From Mobula hypostoma (taxonomy: Eukaryota), in the NCBI RefSeq assembly GCF_963921235.1, contig NW_026948140.1, positions 124,001 through 188,000 of the forward strand: a DNA stretch of 64,000 nucleotides, read 5' to 3'. The notes below the pieces were generated by a model. That model did no database searches. It saw only the letters and a program-made list of their open reading frames with translations, and was not told the DNA's origin. The translations under genes and the position numbers were made by a program. Below are positions 26,483 through 39,000 of the stretch, piece after piece (the stretch's first letter is position 1; each line of letters opens with the position of its first letter).

Positions 26483-27127
26483 GTTGGGAGGAAAAGATGG
26501 TGGCGTGACACAGCGCGTGCGGCCGTTCCGAATGACATCATATGTGTTAACTAGGGGCCGTGCACAGTCCTGATCTGATGGAGACAGAGGTGAGAAGCAC
26601 GGAGGAACACCTGGAGAAAATTCTGAAATGCTCGCTTCGCCACCGCTGCTACTGTGCGATCGAGAATCTCCGGAGGGGAAGGCCCCAAATCCTTGGCTTT
26701 ATCTACTGCTTGTTGCCGGGACCGGGGTGGAAGCGCTCAGCAGAGACGGTGCTCGGTGTCAGAGAGCTGGTCGGAGGCTCAGAGTTTTCGGACGGATTCG
26801 GAGTCGGACTGTGGTCGGTTGCTTCCAGGATGCTGCATCGGCAAGTTTGCGGCGCTGGAGGTTCACCGCCTGCATGAGATGATGGGACTTTTGAGAGACT
26901 TTGAGACTTTTTACCGTGCCACGGTCTGTTCTTTATCAAATTACGGCATTGCTTTGCACTGTTGTAACTATATGTTACAATTATGTGGTTTTTGTCAGTT
27001 TTTCAGTTGGTTTGTCATGTGTTTCTGTGATATCATTCTGGAGAAACAATGTCTCATTTCTTAATGCATGCCTTACTAAATGACAATAAAAGAGGACTGT
27101 GAGTCCTCATAATCTAATCTAATCTAA
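26483..27127 (+). mobile_element. Unclassified non-coding retroposon-like element with (AATCT)n tail
   Basis: CpG-rich 5' part starting AAGATGGTGGCG, T-rich 3' part, AATAAA, then an AATCTAATCTAATCTAA tail; TCTAA precedes the 5' end. Confidence 0.5.
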
Positions 27128-27539
27128 TTTATAGACCTAATTTACACAACAAAAAAAAATGCTTAGCTTAATCCTTGCAGTTTCGATCCACAAAGCATAA
27201 CATCTGCAAGGTTATCAGTCAGAACAGAACAAACAAAGGTCTGTAGCAATTTTAACCCGTTATTCACAAGAGTCCAAAAATCATTTCCCGACCCCCTTAA
27301 CCCTTTAATATCTCAATCATGGACTTGAATTTAATGGTCTAATATCCTCAGTGACACCAATAAGTATTTTCAGTCATATCTAGTTTTCAATTCATGGGAA
27401 CAAACTGATATTGTAACACACTCTTTGAGTTACCTCACTGAATTCTGAAAATCCATACAAATGGTGACACAAAAGCAAAACGTAAATTCAAGAACCCAAC
27501 CAGTAACCTCCAAGACTCCATAAGTGTGTTTTCAATTAC

Positions 27540-27545
27540 TTTATT
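27540..27545 (-). terminator. Candidate polyadenylation signal (AATAAA) of the IFITM gene
   Basis: Plus-strand TTTATT about 210 nt downstream of the exon 2 stop codon, in apparently unique sequence. Confidence 0.5.
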
Positions 27546-27756
27546 AGTAACATCCAAGCCATATCTTGCCCCCAGTTTAAGGAAGAGATCTATATTGTTG
27601 CCAGTTGATTAAGTATATCAGGCCTCCATAGAGATTACAGACAAAGTAAGCAATAGTAAACAATGCATCAAGAAATTAAACAGCTCCATCACAAGGATGC
27701 TCCTTCCATGGCCAATAAACTGCTGAGACCATCACGTCTCCTCCTATGTATCTCCA

Positions 27757-27927
27757 TCAAAAATTCTTGGGGACATTCATCATGGCAACTGTTCCAGTAG
27801 CTACCAGTGCAACGATGATTATGAAGAAAAGAACACCAATCACAGTGGCTGCAATATTGAGGGACCGTGCTGTAGATCCATAGTGCTGAGCTCCTTCGAT
27901 GTCACCCACAACTTTGCGATCTCTAGA
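27757..27927 (-). CDS. IFITM: IFITM exon 2: SRDRKVVGDIEGAQHYGSTARSLNIAATVIGVLFFIIIVALVATGTVAMMNVPKNF* (56 aa)
   Basis: Acceptor ttttttctattAG|TCTAGAGATCGC (phase 0). SRDRK basic patch, GxxxG (GDIEG), A-x-x-L-N-I and a C-terminal hydrophobic TM helix. TGA at 27757-27759. Confidence 0.95.
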   Translation of the reverse strand, partial: SRDRKVVGDIEGAQHYGSTARSLNIAATVIGVLFFIIIVALVATGTVAMMNVPKNF

Positions 27928-28689
27928 CTAATAGAAAAAATATATAAATAAATATGCAAGCAGACCAAGACTACCACGTTAGTGATATCTAATTGGTGAG
28001 ACAAGTTGGTAGTCTTTAGTGCAACTACCTCTTTTTATTTAAAATAACAGATTTGGAATCAGGTTTATTATCACTGGCATTTGTCATGAAATTTGTTCAT
28101 AAAATGCCCACCAGCATAACTGTATTAATAAAATAGAGCACAGTCTTAAGCCAGGGTATTACAATAAAATACACTATAAATTATAATAATAAATATATTT
28201 TAAAAATTAAGCAGAGCAAAAGCAGCAAAACACAGTGAGCCTGTGTTGATGGGTTCATTGTCCATTCAGAAATCTGATGCCACTGAGGAAGGGGACGGAA
28301 GTACATTTTATTTATCGAGTCCCTCCGTTGGTTAGCACCTACAATGGCTAATGCATTCCAGCTGTCCACGTGATACATAAGCCAGGACAGCTCGATATGG
28401 AGAGCAGGCCATTGCCCATGTAGTGGGCTCCCCATCTCATGAATCCAAAGGAACGGCAGGGACCAATAGAGTTTGGCACCAGCGGCATTGCAATAGTTGT
28501 CAGTCAGCATTGAACTCAACTTAGTCCTGTCTTAGGGACTCTAGCTCTGGAATGTTCCTCTGGGTTTATTCCCAAAGCCTTTCTTAGAAGTGGGTACAGC
28601 ACAAAGCAGCAGAGGTTTAATATCAAAGCTTTCCATCTCCAAACTCAGCTGATGAACACCATCTGCCCAAGGTGACTGGTTTTAAGACA

Positions 28690-29433
28690 GTAAGATATAG
28701 GAACAGAATTAGGCTATTTGACCGATCAAGTCTGCTCCACTATTTCATCATGGCTGATCAAATATTCTTCTCAGTCCCAAACTCCTGCCTTCTCCTCATA
28801 TTCCTTCATGCCCTGACAAATCAAGAATTTATCAACCCTCCTTTAAATACACAGAACAACTTGGCCTCCACGCTGCCTGTGGCAACAAATTCCAGCCTCT
28901 AGCTACAGAAATTGCACCATTCTAAAACGATGCCCCTCTATTCTGAAGCGATGTCCTCTGGTGTTAATCAAGGCCTTTCACAATTTGATAGGTTTCAATT
29001 ATGTCACCCCACATTCTTCTGAATTCTGGTGAATACAGTCCCGGATCCATCAAACACTCCTCGTATGACAAGCCACTCATTCCTGAAATCATTTTCGGGA
29101 ACCTCCTTTGAATCATCTCTAGTTTCAGCATATCCTTTCTGAAATAAGGGCCCAAAACTGCTCATCATACTCTAAGTGAGGCCTCACCAGTGCTTTATAA
29201 AGTCTCAAAATTGCATCCTTGCTTTTATATTCTAGTTTTTTTGAAATGAATGCTAACATTGCATTTTCCTTCCTCACCACAGACTCAGCCTGTAAATTAA
29301 CCTTCTGGGAGTCTTGCACAACAACTCCCCACTTAGATAATACTATTGCCCCCTTTACCAAAATGCATCATACATTTCCCAGTAGTGTATTCCATCTACC
29401 ACTTTTTGCCAATTCTTCCAATTTGTCCAAGTC
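28690..29433 (-). mobile_element. Degraded CR1 RT/3' fragments
   Basis: ORFs 28964..29155 and 29125..29361 (LYKALVRPHLEY). Confidence 0.75.
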
Positions 29434-29683
29434 ATAGAAACTTAGAAAACATACAGCACAATACAGGCCCTTCGGCCCACAAAGCTATGCTGAATATATC
29501 CCTACCTTAGAACTACCCAGGCTTTACCCATAGCCCTCTATTTTTCTAAGCTCCATGTAGCTATCCAGGTGTCTCTTAGAAGACCCTATCATTTCTGCCT
29601 CCACCACCGCCCCCGGCAGCCCATTCCACGCACTCACCACTCTCTCTGTAAAAAACTTACCCCTGACATCTCCTCTGTACCTA

Positions 29684-31792
29684 CAAACCTCATTTCCAGA
29701 AAAGTTTGGATATTTTCCAAAATGCAATAAAAACAAAAATCTGTGATATGTTAATTCACGTGAACCTTTATTTAACTGACAAAAGTACAAAGAAAAGATT
29801 TTTAATAGTTTTACTGACCAACTTAATTGTATTTTGTAAACATACACAAATTTAGAATTTGATGGCTGCAACACACTCAACAAAAGTTGGGACAGAGGCA
29901 TGTTTACCATTGTGTTATATCACCTTTCCTTTTAATAACACTTTTTAATTGTTTTGGAACTGAGGATACTAATTGTAGTAGATTTGCAATTGGAAATTTT
30001 GTCCATTCTTGCTTGATATAAGACTTCAGCTGCTCAACAGTCCGTGGTCTCCGTTGTCTGATTCTCCACTTCATGATGCGCCATACATTTTCAGTAGGAG
30101 ATAGATCTGGACTGGCAGCAGGCCAGTCAAGCACACGCACTCTGTGTCTACAAAGCCACGCTGTTGTATCCCGTGCAGAATGTGGTCTGGCATTGTCCTG
30201 CTGAAATAAGCATGGACGTCCCGGGAAGAGACGTCGCCTTGATGGCAACATATGTCTCTCTAAAATCCTAATATACGCCTCAGAGTCAATGGTACCTTCA
30301 CATCCATGCAACTCACCCATGCCGTGGGCACTGATGCACCCCCACACCATCACAGATGCTGGCTTTTGCACCTTTCGCTGATAACCATCTGGATGGCCGT
30401 TTTCATCTTTGGCACGGAGAATTCGACACCCGTTTTTTCCAAAACTAGCTGAAATGTGGACTCATCTGACCACAGCGCACGGTTCCACAGTCTTTCAGTC
30501 CATCTGAGATGAGCACGGGCCCAGAGAACTCACTGGCATTTCTGCATATAGTTGATGTATAGCTTCCTCCTTGCGTAATACAATTTCAAGTTGCATTTCT
30601 GGATGCAGTGACGGACTGTGTTGAGTGACAATGGTTTACCGAAGTACTCCCGAGCCCAGGTGGCTAGAATTGTCACAGTAGCATGACAGTTTCTTAGGCA
30701 GTGCTGCCTGAGGGCTCGAAAATCACGCGCATTCAACAGTGGTCTATGATCTTGCCCTTTATGCACTGAGATATCTCTGAATTCTCTGAATCTTCTCACG
30801 ATATTATGTACTGTAGATGTTGAAAGAGCTAAATTCTCTGCAATCTTGCGTTGAGAAATGTTCCTTTTGAAATGACTAACAATTAGAGGGAGTACAAAGA
30901 AGGTTCACCAGATTGATTCCTGGGATGGCAGGTCTTTCATATGAAGAAAGACTGGATGAACTGGGCTTGTACTCGTTGGAATTTAGAAGATTGAGGGGGG
31001 ATCTGATTGAAACGTATAAGATCCTAAAGGGATTGGACAGGCTAGATGCGGGAAGATTGTTCCCGATGTTGGGGAGGTCTAGAACGAGGGGTCACAGTTT
31101 GAGGATAGAGGGGAAGCCTTTTAGGACCGAGGTTAGGAAAAACTTCTTCACACAGAGAGTGGTGAATCTGTGGAATTCTCTGCCACAGCAAACTGTTGAG
31201 GCCAGTTCATTAGCTATGTTTAAAAGGAAGTTAGATATGGCCCTTGTGGCTACAGGGGTCAGGGGGTATGGAGGGAAGGCTGGGTTCTGAGTTGGATGAT
31301 CAGCCATGATCATAATAAATGGCGGTGCAGGCTCGAAGGGCCGAATGGCCTACTCCTGCACCTATTTTCTATGTTTCTATGTTTCTAATTCTCTCATGAA
31401 TTTTGGCACAAAGGGGTGAGCCACAACCCATCCTTGCTTGCAAAGACTGAGCCTTTGATGGACGCTACTTTTATACCCAGTCATGATACCTCACTTGCTA
31501 CCAATTAACCTGCTTAATGTGGAGTCTTCCAAACCGGTGTTACTTGAATATTCTGTGCACTTTTCAATCTTATTTTAACTCTGTCCCAACTTTTGTTGAG
31601 TGTGTTGCAGCCATCAAATTCTAAATTTGTGTATGTTTACAAAATATAATTAAGTTGGTCAGTAAAACTATTGAAAATCTTTTCTTTGTACTTTTGTCAG
31701 TTAAATAAAGGTTCACGTGAATTAACATATCACAGATTTTTGTTTTTATTGCACTTTGGAAAATATCCCAACTTTTCTGGAAATGGGGTTTG
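29684..31792 (-). mobile_element. Full-length Tc1 (DD34E) transposon with ~210-bp TIRs; transposase disrupted
   Basis: TA TSDs (29682-83, 31793-94). TIRs CAAACCTCATTTCCAGAAAAG / CTTTTCTGGAAATGGGGTTTG. Transposase starts MGCGSPLC (31431) and includes QQDNARPH...[11 protein letters not shown], with 34 residues between D and E. Confidence 0.93.
30885..31387 (+). mobile_element. Young CR1 family A 3' fragment inserted in the Tc1 transposase
   Basis: ORF 30913..31290 is essentially identical to the end of 53417..55510; short ATT/AATT duplication. Confidence 0.95.
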
Positions 31793-32449
31793 TACTTCCA
31801 AGCACCTTAAAACTATGCCCTCCCATGCTAGCCAATTCAGCCCTGGGGAAAAGCCTCTGACTATCCACACGATCAATGCCTCTTATTATCTTGTACACCT
31901 CTATCAAGTCACCTCTCATCCTCCGTCGCTCCAAGGAGAAAAGGCCGAGTTCACTCAACCTATTCTCTTAAGGCATGCTCCCCAATCCAGGCAACATCCT
32001 TGTAAATCTCCTCTGCACCCTTTCCTGTAATACCATGGGCTCTTATCTTGGTAAGCAGCCTCATTTTTGCCACCTTGTCAAAGAACTTCTAAAAGTCAAA
32101 TACACAACATCAACTGCATCCTCGTTATCTATCCTACTTATAATCTCCTCAAAGAATTCCAACAGGTTCATCAGGCAGGATTTTCCCTTAAGGAAATCCT
32201 GCTGACTTTGTACTATCTTGTCCTGTGTTACCAAGTACTCCATCACCTCATCCGTAACAATTGACTCTCACATCTTACCAACCACTCAGGTCAGTTCAGC
32301 TAGTCTATAATTTCCTTTCTGCTGCCTTCCTCTTTTTTTAAAGAGTAGAGTAACGTTTATAATTTTCCAGTCCTCTGGCACCATGCCAGAGTCGAATGAT
32401 TTTTGAAAGATCATTTCTAATGCCACCACAATCTCTAACACTACCTCTA

Positions 32450-34237
32450 TTAGAATCAGGTTTATTATCATTGGCATGTATCATAAAATTTGTTAACTAT
32501 GAGCAGCAGTTCAATGCAATACATAATATAGAGGAAAGAAAAAATTAAAATAATAATAAATTACTGTATATGCATATTGAATAGATTAAAAATCATGCAA
32601 AAAAACAGAAATATATATTTTAAAAGTGCGGTACTGTCCAAGGATTCAACGTCCATTTAGGAATCGGATGGCAGAGGGGAAGAAGCTGTTCCTGAATCGC
32701 TGAGTGTGAGCCTTCAGGCTTCTGTACCTCCTACCTGATGGTAACCTGATGAGAAGATTCACTGGAATGATTCTGGAAATGAGAGGGTTAACATATGAGG
32801 AACGTTTGTCCGGTCTTGGACTGTATTCCTTGGAGTTTAGAAGAATGAGGGGGGGCCTCATAGAAACATTTTGAATGTTGAAAGGCATGGACAGAGTGGA
32901 TGTGGGAAAGTTGTTTCCCATGATGGGGGAGTCTAGTACGAGAGGGCATGACTTAAGGATTGAAGGGCGCCCATTCAGAACAGAGATGCAAAGAAATTTT
33001 TTTAGTCAGAGGGTGGAGAATCTATGGAATTTGTTGCCACAGGCAGCAGTGGAGGCCAACTCATTGGGTGTACTTAAGGCAGAGATTGATAGGTATCTAA
33101 GTAGCCAGGGCATCAAAGGTTATGGTGAGAAGGCGGGGGAGTGGGACTAAATGGGAGAATGGATCAGCTCGTGATAAAATGGCGGAGCAGACTCGATGGG
33201 CCGAAAGGCCAACTTCTGCTCCTTTGTCTTATGGTAACAGTGAGAAAAGGGCATGCCCTGGGTGCTGGAGGTCCGTAATAATGAACGCTGCCTTTCTGAG
33301 ACACCTCTCTTGAAGATGTCCTGGGTACTTTGTAGGCTAGAACCCAAGATGGAGCCAAGTAACTTTACGACCCTTGCAGCTTCTTTCAGTCTTGTGCAGT
33401 AGCACCCCTCCCCACCCACCAATACCAGACGGTGATGCAGCCTGTCAGAATGCTCTCCACGGTACATCTATAGAAGGTTTTGAATGTATTTGTTGACATA
33501 CTAAATCTCTTCAGACTCCTAATGAAGTATAGCCACTATCCTGCCTTCTTAATAACTGCATCGATATGTTGGGGCCAGGTTAGATCCTCAGAGATCTTGA
33601 CACTCAGGAACTTGAAACTGCTCACTCTTTTCAGTTCTGATCCCTTTATGAGGATTAGTATGTGTTCCTTCTTCTTACCCTTCCTGAAGTCCATAATCAG
33701 CTCTTTCGTCTTACTGACACTGAGTGCCAGCTTGTTGCTGTGACACCACTTCACTAGTTGGCATATCTCGCTCCTGTACGCCATCTTGTCACCATCTGAG
33801 AATCTATCAACAATGGTTGGATCATCAACAATTTATAGATGGTATTTGAGCTACGTGTAGCCACACAATCACGTGTATATAGAGAGTAGAGCAGTGAGCT
33901 AAGCACACACCCTGAGGTGCACTAGTGTTGATCATCGAGGAGATGTTATCACCAATCCGCATAGATGGTGGTCTTCCGGTTAGGAAGTCAAGGATCCAAT
34001 TGCAGAGGAAGGTACAGAGGCCCAGGTTCTGCAACTTCTCAATCAGGGTTGTGGGAATGGTATTAAATGCTGAGCTATAGTCGCTGAACAGCATCCTGTT
34101 GTTTGTGTTGTCTGGGTTGTCTAATGCTGTGTGAGGAGCCATCGAAATTGTTTCTGCCATTGATCTATTGTTGCAATAGGTAAATTGCAATGGCTCCAGG
34201 TCCTTGCTGAGGCAGGTGTTCAGTCTAGTCATGATCA
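32450..34237 (-). mobile_element. Rex1/Babar-like LINE RT fragment containing a CR1 3' insertion (~32747-33230, +)
   Basis: PLQFTY...RMLFSDYSSAFNTI...WILDFLTGR, KTKELIMDFRK and LPSGRRYRSLK; the insertion is flanked by ATGGTAAC repeats. Confidence 0.8.
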
Positions 34238-35192
34238 AGGATAGAATCACCTTGTTGTGGGTGATTCTATCCTCAATCACTACCTCAAAAAATTCTATCC
34301 TGGCAGAATGGCTCCAATAGCTTCCCTATTACTGCTGTACAACTGACAGCCTATAGTTTTTTGAATTATCCCCTTTTGTCTTCTGGAACAAAGGAACAAC
34401 GTTTGTAATTCCTCAGTCCTCTGTCTCATTACCTGTTGTTAGTGAGAATAGAATCATCTTTGTCAAGGCCCTAGCAATCTCCTGTCTTGCCTCTCTCAAG
34501 CCCTGAGATCCACCTTAATGCTTTTCAAAAGATCCAGCATCACTTCCTCTTGAGTGGAAACTGCCCTGGTAATTTAACATGCCGCACGTTTATCTGTTTC
34601 TTCCATGTTACAGGGTAGTTGTTGTAGGTGATCTCAACTTGTGCAATATAGTCTGGGACTCTGTATTACAAGAAATTTAGATGGGGCAGAATACATCCAA
34701 GAGGGTTTCCTAAGTCAACATGTAGATTCTGCATCTAAAAGGGGAGCGATACGGGACCTGGTTTTGGGAAATGAGCATGGCCAGGTGACTCTCCTTTCAG
34801 TGAAGAACAGTTAGAGAACAGTGATCACAACTCCACAAATTTTAAAGTAGCTATGAATAGGGTAAAACTACAAGACACAGGAGAAGAATTAGGCCATTCC
34901 CATCAAATCTGCTCCACCATTTCATCATGGTTGATTTATTATCCCTCTCAATCCCATTCTCCTGCCTTCTCACTGTAACCTTTGATGCCTTTAGTAATCC
35001 AGACCCTACCAACCTCTGCTTTAAATATGCCCAACGACTTAGCCCTCACAGCCATCTATGGCAATGAACTCCACAGACTCACCACCCTCCAGCTAAAGAA
35101 ATTCCTTCTCGTCTCTGTTCTAAATGGACATCCTCTATCCTGAGCCTGTGCCCTCTGGTCCCAGACCCACCCTCTATAAGAAACATCTTCAC

Positions 35193-35745
35193 ATGCAACA
35201 AATACAGAATGCTGGAGGAACTCAGCAGGCCAGGCAACAGGAAAAGAGAAAACAGTCATCAGGACTGGAGAAGAAAGATGAGGTCAGAGTATGAAAGTGG
35301 GGGGAGTGAAGAAAGAAATACAGGGTAGTAGATGATATGTGAGACTGGGGGAAGGGGATGGGAAGTCAATTTGTGGAAGAGATACAGGGCTGAAGAAGGG
35401 TATATCTGATGGGAGCAGACAGAATGCCATGGGAGAAAGGATAGAGGGAGGAGCACCAAAGAGAGGTGATGGGCAGGTAAGGAGATAAGGTGAGAGGGAG
35501 AAATGGGAATGGTGAAGGAGAGGGGGTGGGGCATTACCGGAAGTTTGAGAAATCGATGTTCATGCTATCAGATTGGAGGCTACCCAGACGGAATATAAGG
35601 TGTTGCTCCTCCAACTTGACTGTGCCCTCATCGCAGCAGTAGAGGAGGCCATGGACTGTGATGACGGAGTGGGAATGAGAAATAGAAAAATAAAATGGGA
35701 GATCCCACTTTTTCTGGTGGATGGAGGATAGGTGCTCAGCGAAGA
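35193..35745 (-). mobile_element. Penelope-like 3' fragment inside CR1 debris
   Basis: HGLLYCCDE...LEEQHLIFRLGSLQSDSMNIDF. Confidence 0.75.
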
Positions 35746-36049
35746 CATCCACTCTACCTAGGCCTTTCATTATTCAATAGGTTTTAGTGAGATTCACCAC
35801 CCCCCCCCCTCCATTTCTGAACTCCAATGAGTATGGGGCCAGAGCCATCAAATGTTCCTCAATAGTTAACTCTTTCATTCCTGAGATCATTCTTGTGAAA
35901 TTCCTCTGGACCTTCTATAGTTCCTGCACATCGTTGAGACCATAAGTCATAGGAGCAGAATTAGGCCATTCACCCATCGAGTCTGGTCCACCATTCCCTC
36001 ATAGCTGATCCCAGATCCCACTCCACTTTTCTTGATAAAGTGCCCAAAA

Positions 36050-39000
36050 CTTCTCACAATAATTATGGACCTTATAGGAGAGTATTAAATTGGGAGAGGG
36101 CAAATCATGAAAGTATTAGGCAAGAACTAGGGAGAACTAATTGGAGCTGTTTCTGGGCAAGTCCACACCTAAATGTTGAGGGTGTTTCAAAAGCAACTGT
36201 ACAAAGTACATAATAAGCATAGACATGGACACAGAAAAGACATAGAAAATCTACAGCACAATACAGGCCCTTCAGCCCACAATGCTGTGCTGAACATGTA
36301 CTTACTTTAGAAATTACCTAGGGTTACCTATAGCCCTCTATTTTTCTGGTTAAAGAATTTTTAATAAAGGTAATTTTAATAAAGGCATGTTCTAATAAAA
36401 AGCAAGGACAAGGATGGAAAGATGAGGGAATCTTGGATGTCAAGGGGGTGGTGAATTTAGTCAAAGAGGAAAACATACGTAAGGTTTAGGAAGCTAAACT
36501 CAGACTGAGTCTTTAATGATTATAATGATGCAAGAACTTGAGAAGGGGATTAGCTTGGCCAAGAGAGGCCATGAGTGGTCCTTGGCAAGTAGGATTAAAA
36601 AGAATCTCAAGGCATTCTAAGCATATACCAAGAGCAAGAGATTAAGTAGGGAACAGTTAGGATCACTTAAGGATAAAGGAGGTAATATGTTCTTGCTGGT
36701 GGAGATGTTAAGTGAAGTCCTAAATGAGTACTGTTCATTGGTGTTTACTGAGGGGAAGGATGTTGAAGATAGGCAGATTGGTGTGAAATACCAATGCATT
36801 TTGAGATGGAAATAGCATAGGATACACTGGCTGATTGGTAGGAGGCAGTGAGTGGGAATAAAAGGATCACAGTGAAGACTGAAGCAAAATAGTTATTCAG
36901 TTCGTCCATTTACTTGTCCCCCATTACTACCACTCCAGAGCCATTTTCCAACAGTATTATATCTACTCTCACCTCCCTTTTTCTCTTTATACACATCTGA
37001 AAATACCTTCAGTATCGTTCTTGATATGGTTGGTGAGGTTATCTTCACATTTTATCTATTCCCTCCCTATAGCTTGTTAGGTTGCCTTCTGTGGGTTTTT
37101 TAAAAACTACCCAATCCTCTAATTTCCCACTATTTTCTGTTCTTTTCTATGACCACTCTTTTGCTTTTATGTTGGCTTTGACTTCCCTTGTTAGCCACAG
37201 TTGTGACATCCTTCCTTTAGAATACTACTACTTCTTTGGGATGCATCTATCTAACGTTGCATTTGACTTCCACTCCACTGACTAAACCTGCAAGTTAACC
37301 TTTGGGGAATCTTGCACAAGGACTCCCAAGTCCTTTTCCAACTCAGATTTTTGAATTATCTCTCCATCTTGAAAATAGTCTACCTTTTCATTCCTTCTAC
37401 TGAAGTTCATGAGCATACACTACCTGACACTGTATTCCATCTGCCATGTCTGTGTTAGGAAAGTGTTTAATTGGAGTAAGGGGAAATATGAAGCTATGAG
37501 GCAAGAACTGGGAAGGACAAATTGGGAACAAATGTTCACGGGAAATGTACGGCAGAAATGTGGCAAATGTTCAGGGGATATTTGCTTGGCGTTCTGCATA
37601 GGTACGTTCCAATGAGACAGGGAATGAATACTTTGCTTCAGTATTCACTACGGAAAAGGGTCATGGCGATTATAGGGATGACTTACACGGACTGAAAAGT
37701 TTGAGCATATAGACATTAAGAAAGAGGATGTGCTGGAGCTTTTAGAAAGCATCAAGTTGGGTAAGTCTCTGGAACTGGATAAGATGTACCAAGGGCTACT
37801 GTGGGAGGTGAGATAGGAAATTGCTGAGCCTCTGGCAATGATCTTTGCATCATCAATGGGGATGGGAGCGGTTCCGGAGGACTGGACGGTTACAGATGTT
37901 GTTCCCTTATTCAAGAAAGGGAATAAAGATAGCCCAGGAAATTATAGACCAGTGAGTCTTCAGTGATTGGTAAGTTGATGGAGAAGATCCTGATAGGCAG
38001 GACTTATGAACATTTGGAGAGGCATAATATGATTAGGAATCATGGGTGACTTTAACTTCCCTAATATTGATTGGCACCTGATTAGTTCCAAGGGTTTAGA
38101 TGGGGCAGAATTTGTTAAATGTGTCCAGGATGGAGTCCTGTCACAGTATGTGGACAGGACGACCAGGGGGAATCCATACTAGATCTAGTACTAGGTAATG
38201 AACCGGGTCAGGTCACAGATCTCTCAGTGGGTGAGCATCTGGGGGACAGTGACCACCGCTCCCTGGCCTTAATAATTATCATGGAAAAGGATAGAAACAA
38301 AGAGGACAGGAAAATTTTTAATTGGGGAAAGGCAAATTATGAGGCTATAAGGCTAGAACTTGCGGGTGTGAATTGGGATGATGTTTTTGCAGGGAAATGT
38401 ACTATGGACATGTAGTCGATGTTTAGAGATCTCTTGCGGGATGTAAGGGATAAATTTGTCCCGGTCAGGAAGATAAAGAATGGTAGGGTGAAGGAACCAT
38501 GGGTGACAAGTGAGGTGGAAAAGCTAGTCAGGTGGAAGAAGGCAGCATACATGAGGTTTAGGAAGCAAGGATCAGATGGGTCTATTGAGGAATATAGGGA
38601 AGCAAGAAAGGAGCTTAAGAAGGGGCTGAGAAGAGCAAGAAGGGGGCATGAGAAGGCCTTGGCGAGTAGGGTAAAGGAAAAACCCAAGGCATTCTTCAAT
38701 TATGTGAAGAAAAAAAGGATGACAGGAGTGAAGGTAGGGACAGATTAGAGATAAAGGTGGGAAGATGTGCCTGGAGGCTGTGGAAGTGAGCGAGGTCCTC
38801 AATGAATACTGCTCTTCAGTATTCACCAATGAGAGGGAACTTGATGATGGTGAGGACAATATCAGTGAGGTTGATGTTCTGGAGCATGTTGATATTAAGG
38901 TAGAGGAGGTGTTGGAGTTGTTAAAATACATTAGGACAGATAAGTCCCTGGGGCCTGACGGAATATTCCCCAGGCTGCTCCACGAGGCGAGAGAAGAGAT

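Larger units (their letters stand above)
29434..32025 (-). mobile_element. CR1 3' end split by the Tc1 insertion (29434-29683 and 31793-32025)
   Basis: CTGTACCTA|...|CTTCCAAGCACC rejoins to a CR1 3' sequence also seen near 15690. Confidence 0.8.
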
